From Camelus ferus (taxonomy: Eukaryota): 64,000 bases of DNA. The notes under the pieces are model-generated. The model saw only the letters and a list, made by a program, of their open reading frames with translations. It did not search any database and was not told the DNA's origin. Each line of letters starts with the position of its first letter. Position 1 is the stretch's first letter. The translations under genes and the position numbers were made by a program. This document shows, piece by piece, positions 27,096 to 39,670 of this stretch. The stretch is taken from contig NC_045697.1 of NCBI RefSeq assembly GCF_009834535.1, positions 13,146,001 to 13,210,000 of the forward strand, given 5' to 3'.

Positions 27096-27109
27096 ATTTT
27101 TTCCAAAAT

Positions 27110-27830
27110 TGAATATACATTCAGTATATAAATTGTGTGCTGCCAATGTGTTAGACACCATGATAAAGCTGGACATACTGTGGTAGGATGGATATGATCT
27201 CTGTTGTCTGAGAACATGTAGTCTAGTGGGAAGATGATACCCCCAGGTTGGCAGCAGATGCAACCAAGTGTAAAGACAGTGCTGACAAAATGTAGGGTGA
27301 TGTGGAAGCCCAGAGAAGGGTCACTTCATCTAGAATTGTAGAATTAATGGAGGCTTTCAAGAAAATGTGACATGAAAGTTATGGCCAGAAGGATGGGTAG
27401 GAGGAGAGAAGGACAGTGAGAAACGAATGAAGGTGGAAGGTAGGTGAAGTGCTTCAGGAGATGGAAGCAGCAATGTTCAGAGGTACCATGGTGAGAGTAA
27501 CATCCCTCTGGCCAGGAATGAAAAGTGTTCACACAGCTTCAGCCAAAGACTGTGGGGCTGTGATGGGAAAGGTGTAGTTGGAAGATGTAAAACTCCTGGG
27601 TCAGGAAATGACTTGTGAAGGAACAGGCTTTACATGAGACAGTGGGAAGTCATTGAAGGGAAATATTTTCCCAGGTGTGGAAATATTTTACTGGCTGCAG
27701 ATAGCAGGATAACTGGAAGCTGGGGCCTAGCTAGAGTATAGTTGTAACAATCCAGGTAAGGGTAACAGTGGTTCGGTCCAGGTCACTGAGATTTGGGTTG
27801 GACAGAAGCTGATACATCTAGAGATCATCT
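27110..27830 (-). mobile_element. L2 LINE
   Basis: 'gaacatgtagtctagtgggaaga...gacagtgggaagtcattgaagg...gttgtaacaatccaggtaagggtaacagtgg'. Confidence 0.75.
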
Positions 27831-28616
27831 TGAGGCTTTTTTGCCTTCCTTACAGTTTTTGTATGTTTTCCAGATTATATTCAATAAGCATATCTCATTT
27901 TTAATGTCAGAGAAATGTGCTTTTAATAAGGAATCAATAAAGCAGATATTCTCCCCAAACACAGTGCTCTACTAATTTTCCTATTAAAGTTACATTCATT
28001 TACTGGAAAGAATAATTTTTACCAGCGGAGGCACATACTCATCCTTGTCTACCTTCTTTCCCAAAGAGCTTAGGGGTTTCATGATAAAATCTGCTTCATT
28101 AGTTCTAATGGTTTCCCTGTCACATGGGTCTATCCAGAATGAGTTTTTCATACGTATCAGTAGGAAATAGAAAGGCCCCAAAACCTATGTCATCAGGGCC
28201 ACAGGATAGGAATGAAGGGGTGTTCCCAGAAACGGGCTGCAGAACTTATATTTCAGGACGGAGGAGGCACAGAGGAAGGAGTGAGCAACTCAGTGTGAGT
28301 CTCAGCATTGTCTCTTCCCCAGCTGCTCACAGAAATGTGATATAAAAAATTGGCACAAAGAGTCTGGAGGCCTGAATTTGGGGGCATCTGCCCCATTTCC
28401 ATCATCCCAAAATGTTCCATTGAGTACATGCTGCCCAAGTTTTACAACAGGAGGGCTGGAGGTTAAATTCTTCATTCTAAATGGCCCTGAGACCTGGGTG
28501 TGCTTGAAGTCTCATCCCTCTGAAGGAAAACGACACTCAGTCAATCATGCTGTCCTCTGAAGAGCAGGCTATTAGCTGGACACAGTTTGGGAGACAGACG
28601 GCAGGCTACTACAGAC

Positions 28617-29056
28617 AGTGGTAGGCTGTGACCATCTAAAGATATCAAGTCCTAATCCTTGCAACATGTGCATCTTACCTTATTTGGGCAAAGGGCTTTT
28701 TGCAGATATACCTAAGGATTTTGAGATGTGGAGATTACCTTCAACTGTGCCACTGGACCCTAAATGCCGCCACAAGTATCCTTACAAGAGAGAGACAAAA
28801 GGAGGTAACACAGAAGAGAATGTGATACGAGATGGAGCAGAGAGAGACGCAGCCACAGTCAAGAGCTGCCGACAGCTGCCTGAAGGTGGGAGGGGTGAGG
28901 AGCGGACTCTACCCCAGACTCCCCGCAGGGTGTGCTCCTAGCAGGCACCTTGACTTCAGACTTCTAGCCACTAGGACTGTTAGAAAACACAGCTATGTTA
29001 CTTTAGGCCACTATGTTTGTGGTAATTTGGTATGGGAGCCCTAGGAAAGTAACACA
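28617..29056 (+). mobile_element. MaLR solo LTR, MLT1C-like
   Basis: 'aaagatatcaagtcctaatcct...ttttgcagat...aaggattttgagatg...caccttgacttcagacttctagcc...tttgtggtaatttggtatgggagccctaggaaagtaacaca'. Confidence 0.9.
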
Positions 29057-30689
29057 GGAGGGAAAAAACAACGTTAGAACACGTTCTGTGCAGATTAGGA
29101 AAGGGCTTCGCTATCTGAATGTGCCGCATCCCGTAGATAACCAGTAGGGGGAGGAAGTACCTGGGCTGGACTTCAGCCTCCCCTTATCTCTTCAAAATGC
29201 ACCTTTGTGGAGCGAACAAATTGAACCACACCCCCAAGAATGGAGGCGATCTCAAGATTCTGGGTGTACAGAAGGGCAGAACTCTAAAATTTAGAGAGAG
29301 CGGAAATAAGAGTCACGTGGCATGGAGGCCACGCTCCCAAAATAATTGTAGCTCTCCCTTCAGAGTGCATCTCAAAACTGCTTCATGTGAATTATCTCTG
29401 TGCTCTCACAGTACCCTATGAGGGAGACCATTTCCTCGCCTCTGAATTCTGTTGGATGCTCTGAGAAGATTATTTTCCAAATACTCTCCTCTGTGTCTTG
29501 GTTTTCTGTCACCATTGGGTTGACTAGGCAGATTCACTTTGTTCTATCGAGAGTTTAATTAGGCAATTCTTTCAGGAAGCCTATCAAGTCTAGATTGATT
29601 AAGATTGCTTTCAGAATGATATTTAATTGGGATAATGGCTTAAATTGGTTATTGATGGGAGAAGATTTGATTGTGACTAGCTTAATTCCCTCTGGATGAG
29701 AGCAGAAAGCTTTCCCCGGCCAGTATTTAGTTCCTCGGATAATTTGAAAAAAAAATATATTAGGCATGAAAATTAGCGGTTGAGATAATGCTTAACTAAG
29801 GTGATCTAAGAATTTAGCCAAACCATTAGGAGTATAAACTCTCTAGAGGAAGCACGCTCTAAATGGCCAACCATTTCCACAGAGTTGATTGTGAATTTCA
29901 CGGTAATGCTCTGCTTTCATAGTTTATACTAAGGGTCAGAGGCAGGCATTTGCAGGGGAAGCAGCCACTAAGAAGTCCAGAGTCCTGCCAGGGATAGAAT
30001 TAGGTACTGGACCCTCCATCCCTTCAACCACTCCACTACTCTGAGCGGAAGTTTCCCATTCTCATTTAGCAAGGCTCTAAGGTATCAAATAAATAATCCA
30101 AGAGCACACGATGAATGAATGGTGATTAAAGCCCAGGACCCTCAAAGTCTGATGCTAGTTCATTCATTCAGCAACTACTTAATAAATACCTGCTGTGAAC
30201 TACACACTATTCTAGGCACTCAGTATAAAACAAAACAAAACAGATTCTCTCATCTGAAAGCTTACAACTGAGTGTGGGAATCAGAGATTGAATGCATATG
30301 AAAGGAAATAAATTATTTATCAAGGTATAGGAGAAGTCAAATGTCCTGAAACACATTGTTCCCGCCTTCATTCTTTCCTCTTTTCCCAAGATGTTGTCTA
30401 TGTCAAGGACCACAGAGTGTCGTGGACCCAAACAAGAAACTTGAACAGTAAGTTTCCAGGAAGACATCCTATAAGCTGACAGGGGCAATGTGAAGAATGC
30501 ACTGTTTCTATTTAAAAAGTTTAAGAAGTTGATTTTTTTTTAAACTAGGGTCTTAATCACCCTCTGTTGTTGAACTTCTCAAATTATCCCATTTAATCTA
30601 CTTATCACCCCATTTATTTGATAATCACTGATGCTCTGCGACAAACAGGAGCAAATTTTTACTTGAGTGTAGGTTTCTATGGTAGGATT

Positions 30690-30835
30690 ATCCAAGGTTG
30701 AAATCTGACCTTGTCACCCACTAGTTGAGCCTTAGTTTCCTTATCTTCAAAGGATACTGAAGAATCAATGGGTAAGCTCAGGGAAAGTTCTTAGGACAGG
30801 GCCTGGTACATAGTAAATGCTCAATTAGCTTTTAA
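30690..30835 (+). mobile_element. MIR SINE
   Basis: 'tgagccttagtttccttatct...ttaggacagggcctggtacatagtaaatgctcaat'. Confidence 0.75.
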
Positions 30836-33829
30836 TGCTAATCATCATTTCTTCATATTAATGCTGATCATCATTTCTTCCAGATACTTTATGGAAATTA
30901 AGGAAATAGGTTGGGGATTGGGCAAAATCTTTGGTGACAAAGGTCTGAGGCTTCCTTCTTTCCCCAACCCCCTCCCCAGCTTCTCCTACGATTGCCTCTC
31001 TCCCTTATGTGTGTCTCACAGTCCATGCAGCTTTGTCCTGCTTTGTTCTCACACTTGCCTCGTTTGCTTCTCAACGTGAATGTCAATGCCCTTGAATTCT
31101 GGCCCTTGTCCTTCCACGCCTGTGTGGCTGTCAGCACATTTCTTAACCATCTGGGCCTAAGTTTTATTGTTTTTCAAAATCAGGGTAGTAACTCCATCGC
31201 AGCAGTGTTACAGAAGTTAGTTGTTGCTCACACTACCTTATATTACCTGTATTTATTGATAACTTACTGGTATCCAGCAGAGCGAGAATACTTTACAAGA
31301 GTATCTTCACAACAACCCTGTCCAGTGACTATTACTTTTCTTAATTTGTTTTGCAAATGAGAAAATTTAGGCTTAGATTGAACATGGCATGAGATTGAGT
31401 GTGAAAAAGCAATGCAAGATTAAGTAACAAGAGAATTACCATAACAAAAGAAGTCAAGATACAGTTCCCTTTAGAAGACTGATGAGATTGCTATGGTTAT
31501 GTACAATTTCCAAAAGGCATGGTTTTAAATTTAAGTTGGGACTTAAAGGGTCTAGAAGACTTTGATCAGCCAAGGTAGCAGAAGGTGCTAGCAGAAAGGT
31601 AGAGTTTTTAAAATTAAAAACTATACCCCCATACATTTTTTAATACTCTCAGCACTTTTGAAAAAGTAGTGTGTCTTAAAACTGATGAGTTTATTTTACG
31701 CCATGATATTTCCCTTTTCATCTAAAAATCTATGATAAAAACAATGATTCTGTTTTGTTGTTGTGTAAATAATGTTGTTTTGCATCAGGAAAACTGGAAT
31801 TATTCATGTTTATTATATACATCTCCAGGAAGATACATCTCTCAATTTATTTCCAAAAAATCAAACACAGCCACTGCTTTGAGTTAATTAAGGAAGAATT
31901 ACATTTTTGTGTATGTCAAGTTCTGCTGGGTTTGGGGTCAGGAAAACCTGCTTCCTCCTCACTAGCATAATGACTCAGGTCAAGTATTAAATCACTTGAG
32001 CACTGGTTCTTCTATGAAATCAGGATAATTTTCCTATCCAACTCCCAGGATTGGTTACAGATTGAGTAAATAGGAACTCTACTGACATCTTGAATATTCT
32101 GTATTAAATGCCTTTTACATTTTTGTAAATTCTTTAAGACCATCAAGAATGTTAATTTATTTTCTGTATCTGTGTTTCTTCAAGTAGTATTACCCTGTTG
32201 GATAAACACACAATTGAATGGTTATTATGGTAAAATCCTTTGATAAAATGTAAAAAACAAAAGAACCACAGACACACACACAACACATACACACAACACA
32301 TACACACACAGGTTATTGTTGGACAATCAACCACTGCAAATAGAAGAGCCATCAAAATTTAGGTTGTGTTATGTGCTTTTCACCATCCTAGGTGTTTGGG
32401 ATGCAGCTGTGAAAAGGACAGACAGCAGCCCCATCCACAGTGCCTTATGATCTTGTAGGATTTAAAGCAACTGTGGACAGTTCAACAGAGGCAACAGCAT
32501 TCTCTCAGCATGTAGTGAATTACATTCTCTTTTAAAAATTTATTTGGAAAGTAAGTGAATCACTCTGATCATTCAGGCAGCTTCTCACAATTTTCAAATA
32601 AGCCCCAATAGTATAGACACAGGAGAAAGTACATTTCGAAACTTGAATAAGACCCAATTTTTTCTTTCTGACACTGGATATTGTAAAATTTATGCAAAGA
32701 CAGAATAATCACTTAAATACACTGATCTTTAAAATGATTTTTAAAATTTAAAAAACTAGTATAACTAGATAAATTCATTTATTTTATTTTTAGAGACACT
32801 GCTAATGTTATAATTTCATAGGCATTTCCCATACAATAAAGAAATAAGCCATCTAGCTCTGTCTGTTTCTTTTCATGATTAATTACAGAGCAATCTTAGA
32901 ATTTCCTTCAGAATTAATAATAAAACTCTCTGAGTTCCAGTAGCATTCCAATTAGCAGATAAATGTCTAAGAGAACAGATTAATATGTGAGAGCTACCTG
33001 CATGGGTGCAAAAAGCCTTTTTAACATTTGAATGACTATCTTGCTGTTCTGGTAGCAGACTTTCTAGAATGAGAAGACAAAAAGATCACCTCTGTGGGGA
33101 TATATGTTTATCCTGAGATTAATAAGGAGCATTAAGAAAGAGGATTCTATGCTCATTGCATTCAAAGGGCATGATTTTCTTTTACTATTATGGTATAGCT
33201 AATTCCTTAATTATTCTATATTTCTTTCTGATGCACTTAACAAACCAAATAATATATCCATTCACTCCCTTGTTAAATAGCTTTTCAATATTACTGATTG
33301 ACAACTGAATTATTGGCCGAGAGAAACTCTTGGCTTTTAAATTATTCAGATCTAAGGAAATCAGAAATAAAAACTGTCAAAAGAATAGCTGAGTGATTCT
33401 TGTAAAATAACAGAAGATGTATTTCTTCAATTCTGCTGCCAGAAAGCCCCCAAAGAAATGAAGAAAATGTATCTTCAAACAAGATGGTAGGGCTAGATCA
33501 AACATATCTTTTATAGCAAATATTGAATCAAAAAATATATATATATATATTATATAAAAGCAAAAAACTGGAAGCAATATGATTCAGAAAAGTTTAAAAT
33601 TAAAGGATGGGCAAAGACATATAAAATAATATGATAAATACACGGAAACTTTGGCAGAAACAGTATTATGAGTCATAAATATTTTTTTTAAATCCACTTA
33701 CCAATTGAAGAAGACAAAGAATAGTAACAATACAGAGAATACAATTTTAAGTGGCCATAAAATGATCATATGATAAATAAAAAGTAAACTACCTTTATTA
33801 AAATTCTCACTGGTGGAATTAGTACATAT

Positions 33830-34045
33830 ATCTTGGATACTTTGACAGAGATGGCCCGATTTCCCATTTCAGCTCTGCCACGCTGGACAATTCCCACAGT
33901 CTCTCCCTGCCTCAGCATTATCGTCGTAAAATGGAAATTATAATGATACCTACTTACAGGGTTATTGTATGTATTAAATGGTTAATAATAATTTAAGTAC
34001 CTAGAACATTGCCTGGCACTATATAAATGCCAACTGTCATTATTT
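33830..34045 (+). mobile_element. MIR SINE
   Basis: 'cagctctgccac...gcctcag...gtaaaatggaaattataatgatacctacttacagggttattgtatgtattaaatg...tagaacattgcctggcac'. Confidence 0.88.
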
Positions 34046-34594
34046 CTAGTTATCTTCTCAAACAATCATTTCTCTGTTCTGAATATTTGTTTTCTGCAAT
34101 CATTTTCTTTATTTTTCTTTTGCTTCTGCATTCTGAACAGTCTTTACAGCTTTGGTTTAGTTTTCAACAATGCCTGTTCTTATTTCACTGCCTGCAAATA
34201 TATTTCAATTTTGCTGTTGCATTTTATGTCCTTAGATTACTTTTTCACATATTCATCTGATTATTTTGCATCTCAGAAATTATTTCATCATATCTCCCTA
34301 TGATAGCTTACTTTCAATGTATTAAAAACATACCTTCTTGCAAATATTTTATGATACTTGGGTAATGTTTTTGAAAGTTTTTTTTTTTTAAGTGATTATT
34401 TCCAGGGAACCTTATTTTTCTGAATTTTAGGAAAATGCAATCTTTTCATAGATTTCCTTAAAAATAAACAGAATTTCTGTGTTCGCTTCTGATACTTGTT
34501 TCTAATCTTCATCTATTCACAGAGATGATGACTGTGTCTGTGGTGCTCTTCATCATTCAGTCAATGGCTAGACTATTTTTAGCCTTCAGATATC

Positions 34595-34975
34595 CATTAA
34601 ATTATCATGAAAATATATACTGAACACTTGCTAACTTGCAGACACTCTTCTAGATGATGGGGACATGTGAAACACAGGCCAGAAACAGTTCCTGTTTATG
34701 TGATAGACAGACAGTAAAAAAACAACATATGAATATATATATAAAATAATATCAGTACTGGGAAAATAAAGCATGCATAAGGGGCTAAAGAGTTACAGGA
34801 ATAGAGTAGAGGGGAAATGTGACGGGATAGAGAATTGAATGAAGAAAGGGAGGTTCTCTGCAAACAGGTGGGCATAGAACATTCCAAACAGACATGCATG
34901 GCCAGTGCAAAGGCACTGAGGTACAGTAGGGTTGGCCTGTTTGAGAAACAGCCAGTGTGGCTAGAGCACTGTGCA
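34595..34975 (-). mobile_element. L2 LINE
   Basis: 'tactgaacacttgct...agaacattccaaacagacatgcatggccagtgcaaaggcactgagg...gccagtgtggctagagc'. Confidence 0.8.
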
Positions 34976-35689
34976 CAGACTTTCATTAAATTACTGATAC
35001 CCAACAAATACTTGATTGTCCAACAGCTCCTTGCACGAGGGAGAGTATTTTCTTCCCCTCACAGTTAGACCTAAGGTTTCTAACTGCACTCAAGTCAAGC
35101 GCACTTTTTTCAACTACTCAAAGACTGAGGTTAAGAGAACTCCTTCACTTTCCAACAGCATCCAATTTTCTAATCAAGCACACCCTCTATATTCCTCAAT
35201 TAGACAAAATGGAAGAAAAAAAGGCAAAAGCTTTTTGTGATTTCTTTGAGAGTACATCTTATTCTGCATTAGATCGAAACATATGCCTCTTGTAGAATTA
35301 TGTTGCTCAGTCTATTAACACTCACAGAACCGCTAGAAGGTTTATCTGTACTGAACATATGTTCTTACTAATTTTTAATCCATAGATCTGTTGTCAATTT
35401 TTGCTTTTTTTTTTACATATTTTAGAAAATATTTTAATAGAGGGTTTCAAGGAGACACACCAGACCAATCCATCCCTGTGATCACGTGTGAGTTTTGAGG
35501 GAATAGCTTTGGGGAGTAGATGATGGATTTGATTCAATAGACCTTAAAACCTTCCAGTTAGAGCTCTCTGGTGTGTAGCAGAACTCAGGGAAAGTCAAGT
35601 TTGGAAATATAGATCTTTGAGTGTTCTGCATCAAAGTGAGAGTTTTGCATACCCTAAAGCAAGGAGAATATCATTCTCATTTTTAACAG

Positions 35690-36050
35690 TCCCTGTGCTT
35701 GGTGAAAGGCCCATCTAAGTGGCCCTGATTATATCTATCTCTTTTGCTCCTTTCTCATCCTTCAGGACTCTGTCCAAGTTTTATCTTCTTATGGAGATCT
35801 TCCCGGATTAAACACTCTACCATCAAGCATATTCTGTTCGTTTATCACATAGTAACCACCCCTTTATTGCATAGCACTTATCCTTTATGTATATGTGTTT
35901 TTGTCTGTTTGTTTAATAATAGTCTCCATCATCAGATTGCAAGTTCACTGATGACAGGGTTTACATCTGCTTAGTTTATCACTGAACTCTAAGCCTATCA
36001 CAATATTTGCCTCATATAAAAGGTTAGTTATCATTTATAGGAGGAATAAG
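35690..36050 (+). mobile_element. L2 LINE 3' end
   Basis: 'gtctccatcatcagattgcaagttcactgatgacaggg...gtttatcactgaactctaagcctatcacaat'. Confidence 0.7.
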
Positions 36051-36214
36051 AAGAAAACCAGATAACATAGAAGGTGCTTGATAAGTATGTATTCAGTGAG
36101 CACATTATAAGAGAAAAAAAGGGAACAGGAGACGAAGGTCACTGTGGAAGAAAAATCACAGCACAAAAAGCAAAAACACAAACCAAAAGACCCACAGAAA
36201 TAAAAGTAGAAGAA

Positions 36215-36544
36215 TGAGAAAAGAACTGGGTTTAATCAACCGAGTGTTATTCAGTCCTTGCTTCTTTTTTTGTGGAAAACCTCCTAAGAAATATATTGGA
36301 GCAGGGTAGCTCCAAACCGGAAGTAGGTGAGAGGGCTTCACCTACAGGAGATGGGGAAAGACTTTAACAGGGAAAAAGCAGAAGCAAAGTAGGAAAATTA
36401 TTGATTGGCTATAGCTTAAGGCCTAAATCCTGTCTCAGTAGTCTTGAAATATTTAAAGGCTTAGATTTTAGCTTGCTCATGTAGGCCCCCTTGCATTAGA
36501 TCCACCTCAGTCTAATATGGCCTCCTTGTTTAATTAATTTAAGA
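36215..36544 (-). mobile_element. ERV1-class solo LTR (family not identified)
   Basis: Right end 'ggcctccttgtttaattaatttaag' reads on the minus strand like an ERV1 LTR start (tgttaaattaattaaacaaggaggcc); also 'tgattggcta' CCAAT and 'aaaccggaagt' ETS motifs. Confidence 0.6.
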
Positions 36545-39284
36545 GTTAAAAAAAATTGCCTTTTCTAGAGAAACAGAGAAAGAGCAAGCACTCATTATTA
36601 TGGTATCTTATAAAACATCATCTGGCCAGTAAGCAGAGCTTTTAAGAGTAACCAGGTCAAGATTGCGCTTACCTTGCTTGAAGAAAGTTGGGCAGGGAGA
36701 ATGTTTCCTAAACAAATGCGATTGCTTTTCCTCACTTAAGGGATTCATGCTTGAAAACTAATAGAAAACAGGAAGCACCAGGAAATTAAAAGGAAAGACA
36801 GTTCTTGCAAAATTTCCGGGCCTCTCTTGCAAATTCAAGTACTTCAGGGGCATTCCATGCACACTGAGCCTCCAGCATGAAACACCGGTCCCACAGGAAG
36901 GATAGGAATGCAGCCTAAATAAGCAGGGCCCTATTTGTGAGTGGCTCATCCTAAGAGAGTTTAGTTATGAGTATTCTAATTATATATATACACACACACA
37001 CATATTTTTTTCTATCAGTTGCTCAGTGAAGGCAGTAGGAGTGAGAGAGTGAGGAAAGCAATCTCAGCAGACAATCCCATTTGTAGCATCTCAGCAAGGG
37101 ACAACAGTAAGAAAAACACTGTCTTTACATTTTTAGAATATTGAGGAAAGGAACATTACAAAGTCATCATTAAAAGTCAATTGAAATAAGTAGAGAGGGG
37201 AATAGCAGAATGGAGGAGGAGAGGGGACTTCCGATAGAGAGGGTTTGGCAAATGCATAAATACCTTCTGCCTCCCAGAGAGAGAGCGAGCCAGAGCCAAG
37301 TCTCCTCTCTCCTATACCCTCTGCTGTAACTTGACCTGTTCATACTGACTTTGAAGAATATGGACCTTTGAATTTTGCAATTGCGTACAAAATAAGAAAT
37401 CCCAAGTACAAAGATCAGATTTCGAGTATAAAGAAAAAGAAGAATATATTTTTCACCTGAGAAAATGTATTGTCATATTCACCAGTGATAATAACGAAGA
37501 GGCTTTCCTTTTCCAAAGAAAGGTTTTGTTTAGAAAGGAAACTGGACTTTAGGTTTAAGTTGATGGAAAACGAGAAGTACAATAATATTAATTTCAGGAT
37601 CTTCTTGACAAATTCCAGGCATTCTTCCCTTTCTCTGTTTTAGAAATGAGGGAGGGAGTTTTGGCTTTCCTGAGTTCTGAGCCTCTAAAGAGATAAGAGC
37701 AAACAGGCCAAAAGAAATCAAAGGAGGGCTGTGATTCACTGTGCCGCCCGCAGGACTCCAGAGGGAGGTACCGGGGTTTAAGCGCCAGCATTTCCTTCCC
37801 AGATTTCTTTACTCAGGTGTGAAGGTGTGTGATCCGATTTCATCTTGTTTGTCCAGTGACAATTATTTCCTCCAAATATTTTCTTTATATACATTTGTTA
37901 GCACAATGAGGTACCACTTAGTTAAACCCAGGAAATCAGAAATTCCTAAAAATAGAATCACCTTCAGTAATTCATGGAAAAGCCAAGCCTCCAGGACACA
38001 ATTATGAAAACAGAGATAGTGAATAATAATTGGAACCTCGTGTTAATTGACAATTATGATATCCAATATTCCTGGTATAGTCTCTTAATCACATTAGAAA
38101 TGACACATTCACGCTCTTTAAGTCCAATAATTGCACTAAAGTCTTAGATAGATTTCTGGTTTTCTTGGCAGATAAAGGAGACTCTGACCTCTGCTCTTGC
38201 TTAGATGGTGGTCCTTTCATAAAAATTTCATACTTAAAAAAACCTCCTTAGCTCCTCAATCACTTTAAATTTATTTCAGAAAGATCTTTGCTGCCTAAAG
38301 CAAGCTAATAGCATATTGTTCTTTGGTGGGGGGGGGGCATTTATGAATTCCAGATAAGAACACTTTGCCAATTTTATTATCTATATACATGAGATAGAAG
38401 AGTGACCTGTAGGATTTTCAGCAGAAGTAATGGTAACCTTCATATAGGGGTAGATCATTACATATTTAACAAATCCATGAGCAACTGACATCTGGAAAAC
38501 ATTCTTCTGGTGCTGTGATGGCTACAAAGATCATATGGATAAGAAACATTGCTTAGAAGCTTACAGTTTTGCAATGGAGATGAAACGTGTACATAAAATA
38601 CTCTAACGATGGTCAGAACTAATACAAATCCATAAGAAGCATACCCAATATGAGAATACAAATCAGAGAATAGGAGCCATAGAAGCTAAAGTAAGGAAAC
38701 TGTATTCCTCCTACAGAAAATAGGGATGTTTTTAATGAAGAACATGGCAAGCTCTAAATGGAAAGACAGGATGCAAACTTGTGAAGAGAATGTAAGCGAT
38801 ATTTTGGATATAAGGAAAAGTTGGGGCAAAAAAGATAGGCAAGAAATTATAGGACCTTTATCTCAGGTTTCTAGGGTCATAGAAAATATTTTCACCAGTG
38901 AAAACAGAGTTGGGAAATGACTTACTGGGTCATGGAAATGCTTGGATGCATGTGAAAAATTGGGAGTGCTGAGTGAAAGTTTCTTTGAAGGAGACTGCCC
39001 TGGGTCTTTGATGTGATTAGAACTGGACATTTAGAATATGAATCTGTCAATAGTTATTAAGACAGATTTTGGTGGTTAGAAACTGGCTGGAGTGTCTCAG
39101 CTAAAAGATTACCGTTGTGGATTGTTATAACAGCACAATTGGAGTGGCAAATATTAATATCGGCACTGGACCAGATGGCAGACACAAAGGTCCAGGAAAA
39201 AAATGCTATGGAATTTTTTATTTACGGTAAAATTACTACATGTCTATATTACAAAATACTAATTAAAAAGAACAGCTATTAGTA

Positions 39285-39385
39285 AAAGGATTCTCTGGTG
39301 AAATGTGTTGAGTAGATAATAAGTACTTGATTTTGAGACCTTTCAGAGCCTTCATTTTATCAACTTGCATTGTCAAGAGAGTTCT
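39285..39385. mobile_element. hAT-Charlie MER103-like DNA transposon fragment
   Basis: 'agacctttcagagccttcattttatcaacttgcattgtcaagaga' resembles recalled MER103C 'ggacttctcagagcctttaatatgctaatgtgcattgtgaatctccaagag'. Confidence 0.45.
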
Positions 39386-39434
39386 GTTATAAATGATGGA
39401 ATCTAAAGACGACTAGTGATGGTGATGATGATTT

Positions 39435-39670
39435 CAGCATCACTGTGTCAAGCAGTGTGCCAAACACGTTATAGGTATTATCTCATTTAAATCCATTAAT
39501 GACCATATGAAAGAAGTATAATTATTATTATCATTATGCTCATTTACAAGTAAAAAAACCTCCAGATATAGATCCCTTAATACTTTTACTAAGGTTATAT
39601 GGCTCCCATGTCATGGAACCGAAGTTTGAATACAGACGTTGACTCCATACCTAGACTCTTAACCGTGATT
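39435..39670 (-). mobile_element. MIR SINE
   Basis: 'ctgtgtcaagcagtgtgccaaacacg...attatctcatttaaatcc...ctcatttacaag...gtttgaatacagac...ctcttaacc'. Confidence 0.8.

Noticed and set aside
28618..29044. 107-aa and 70-aa ORFs
   Set aside because: Chance frames in an MLT1C LTR.
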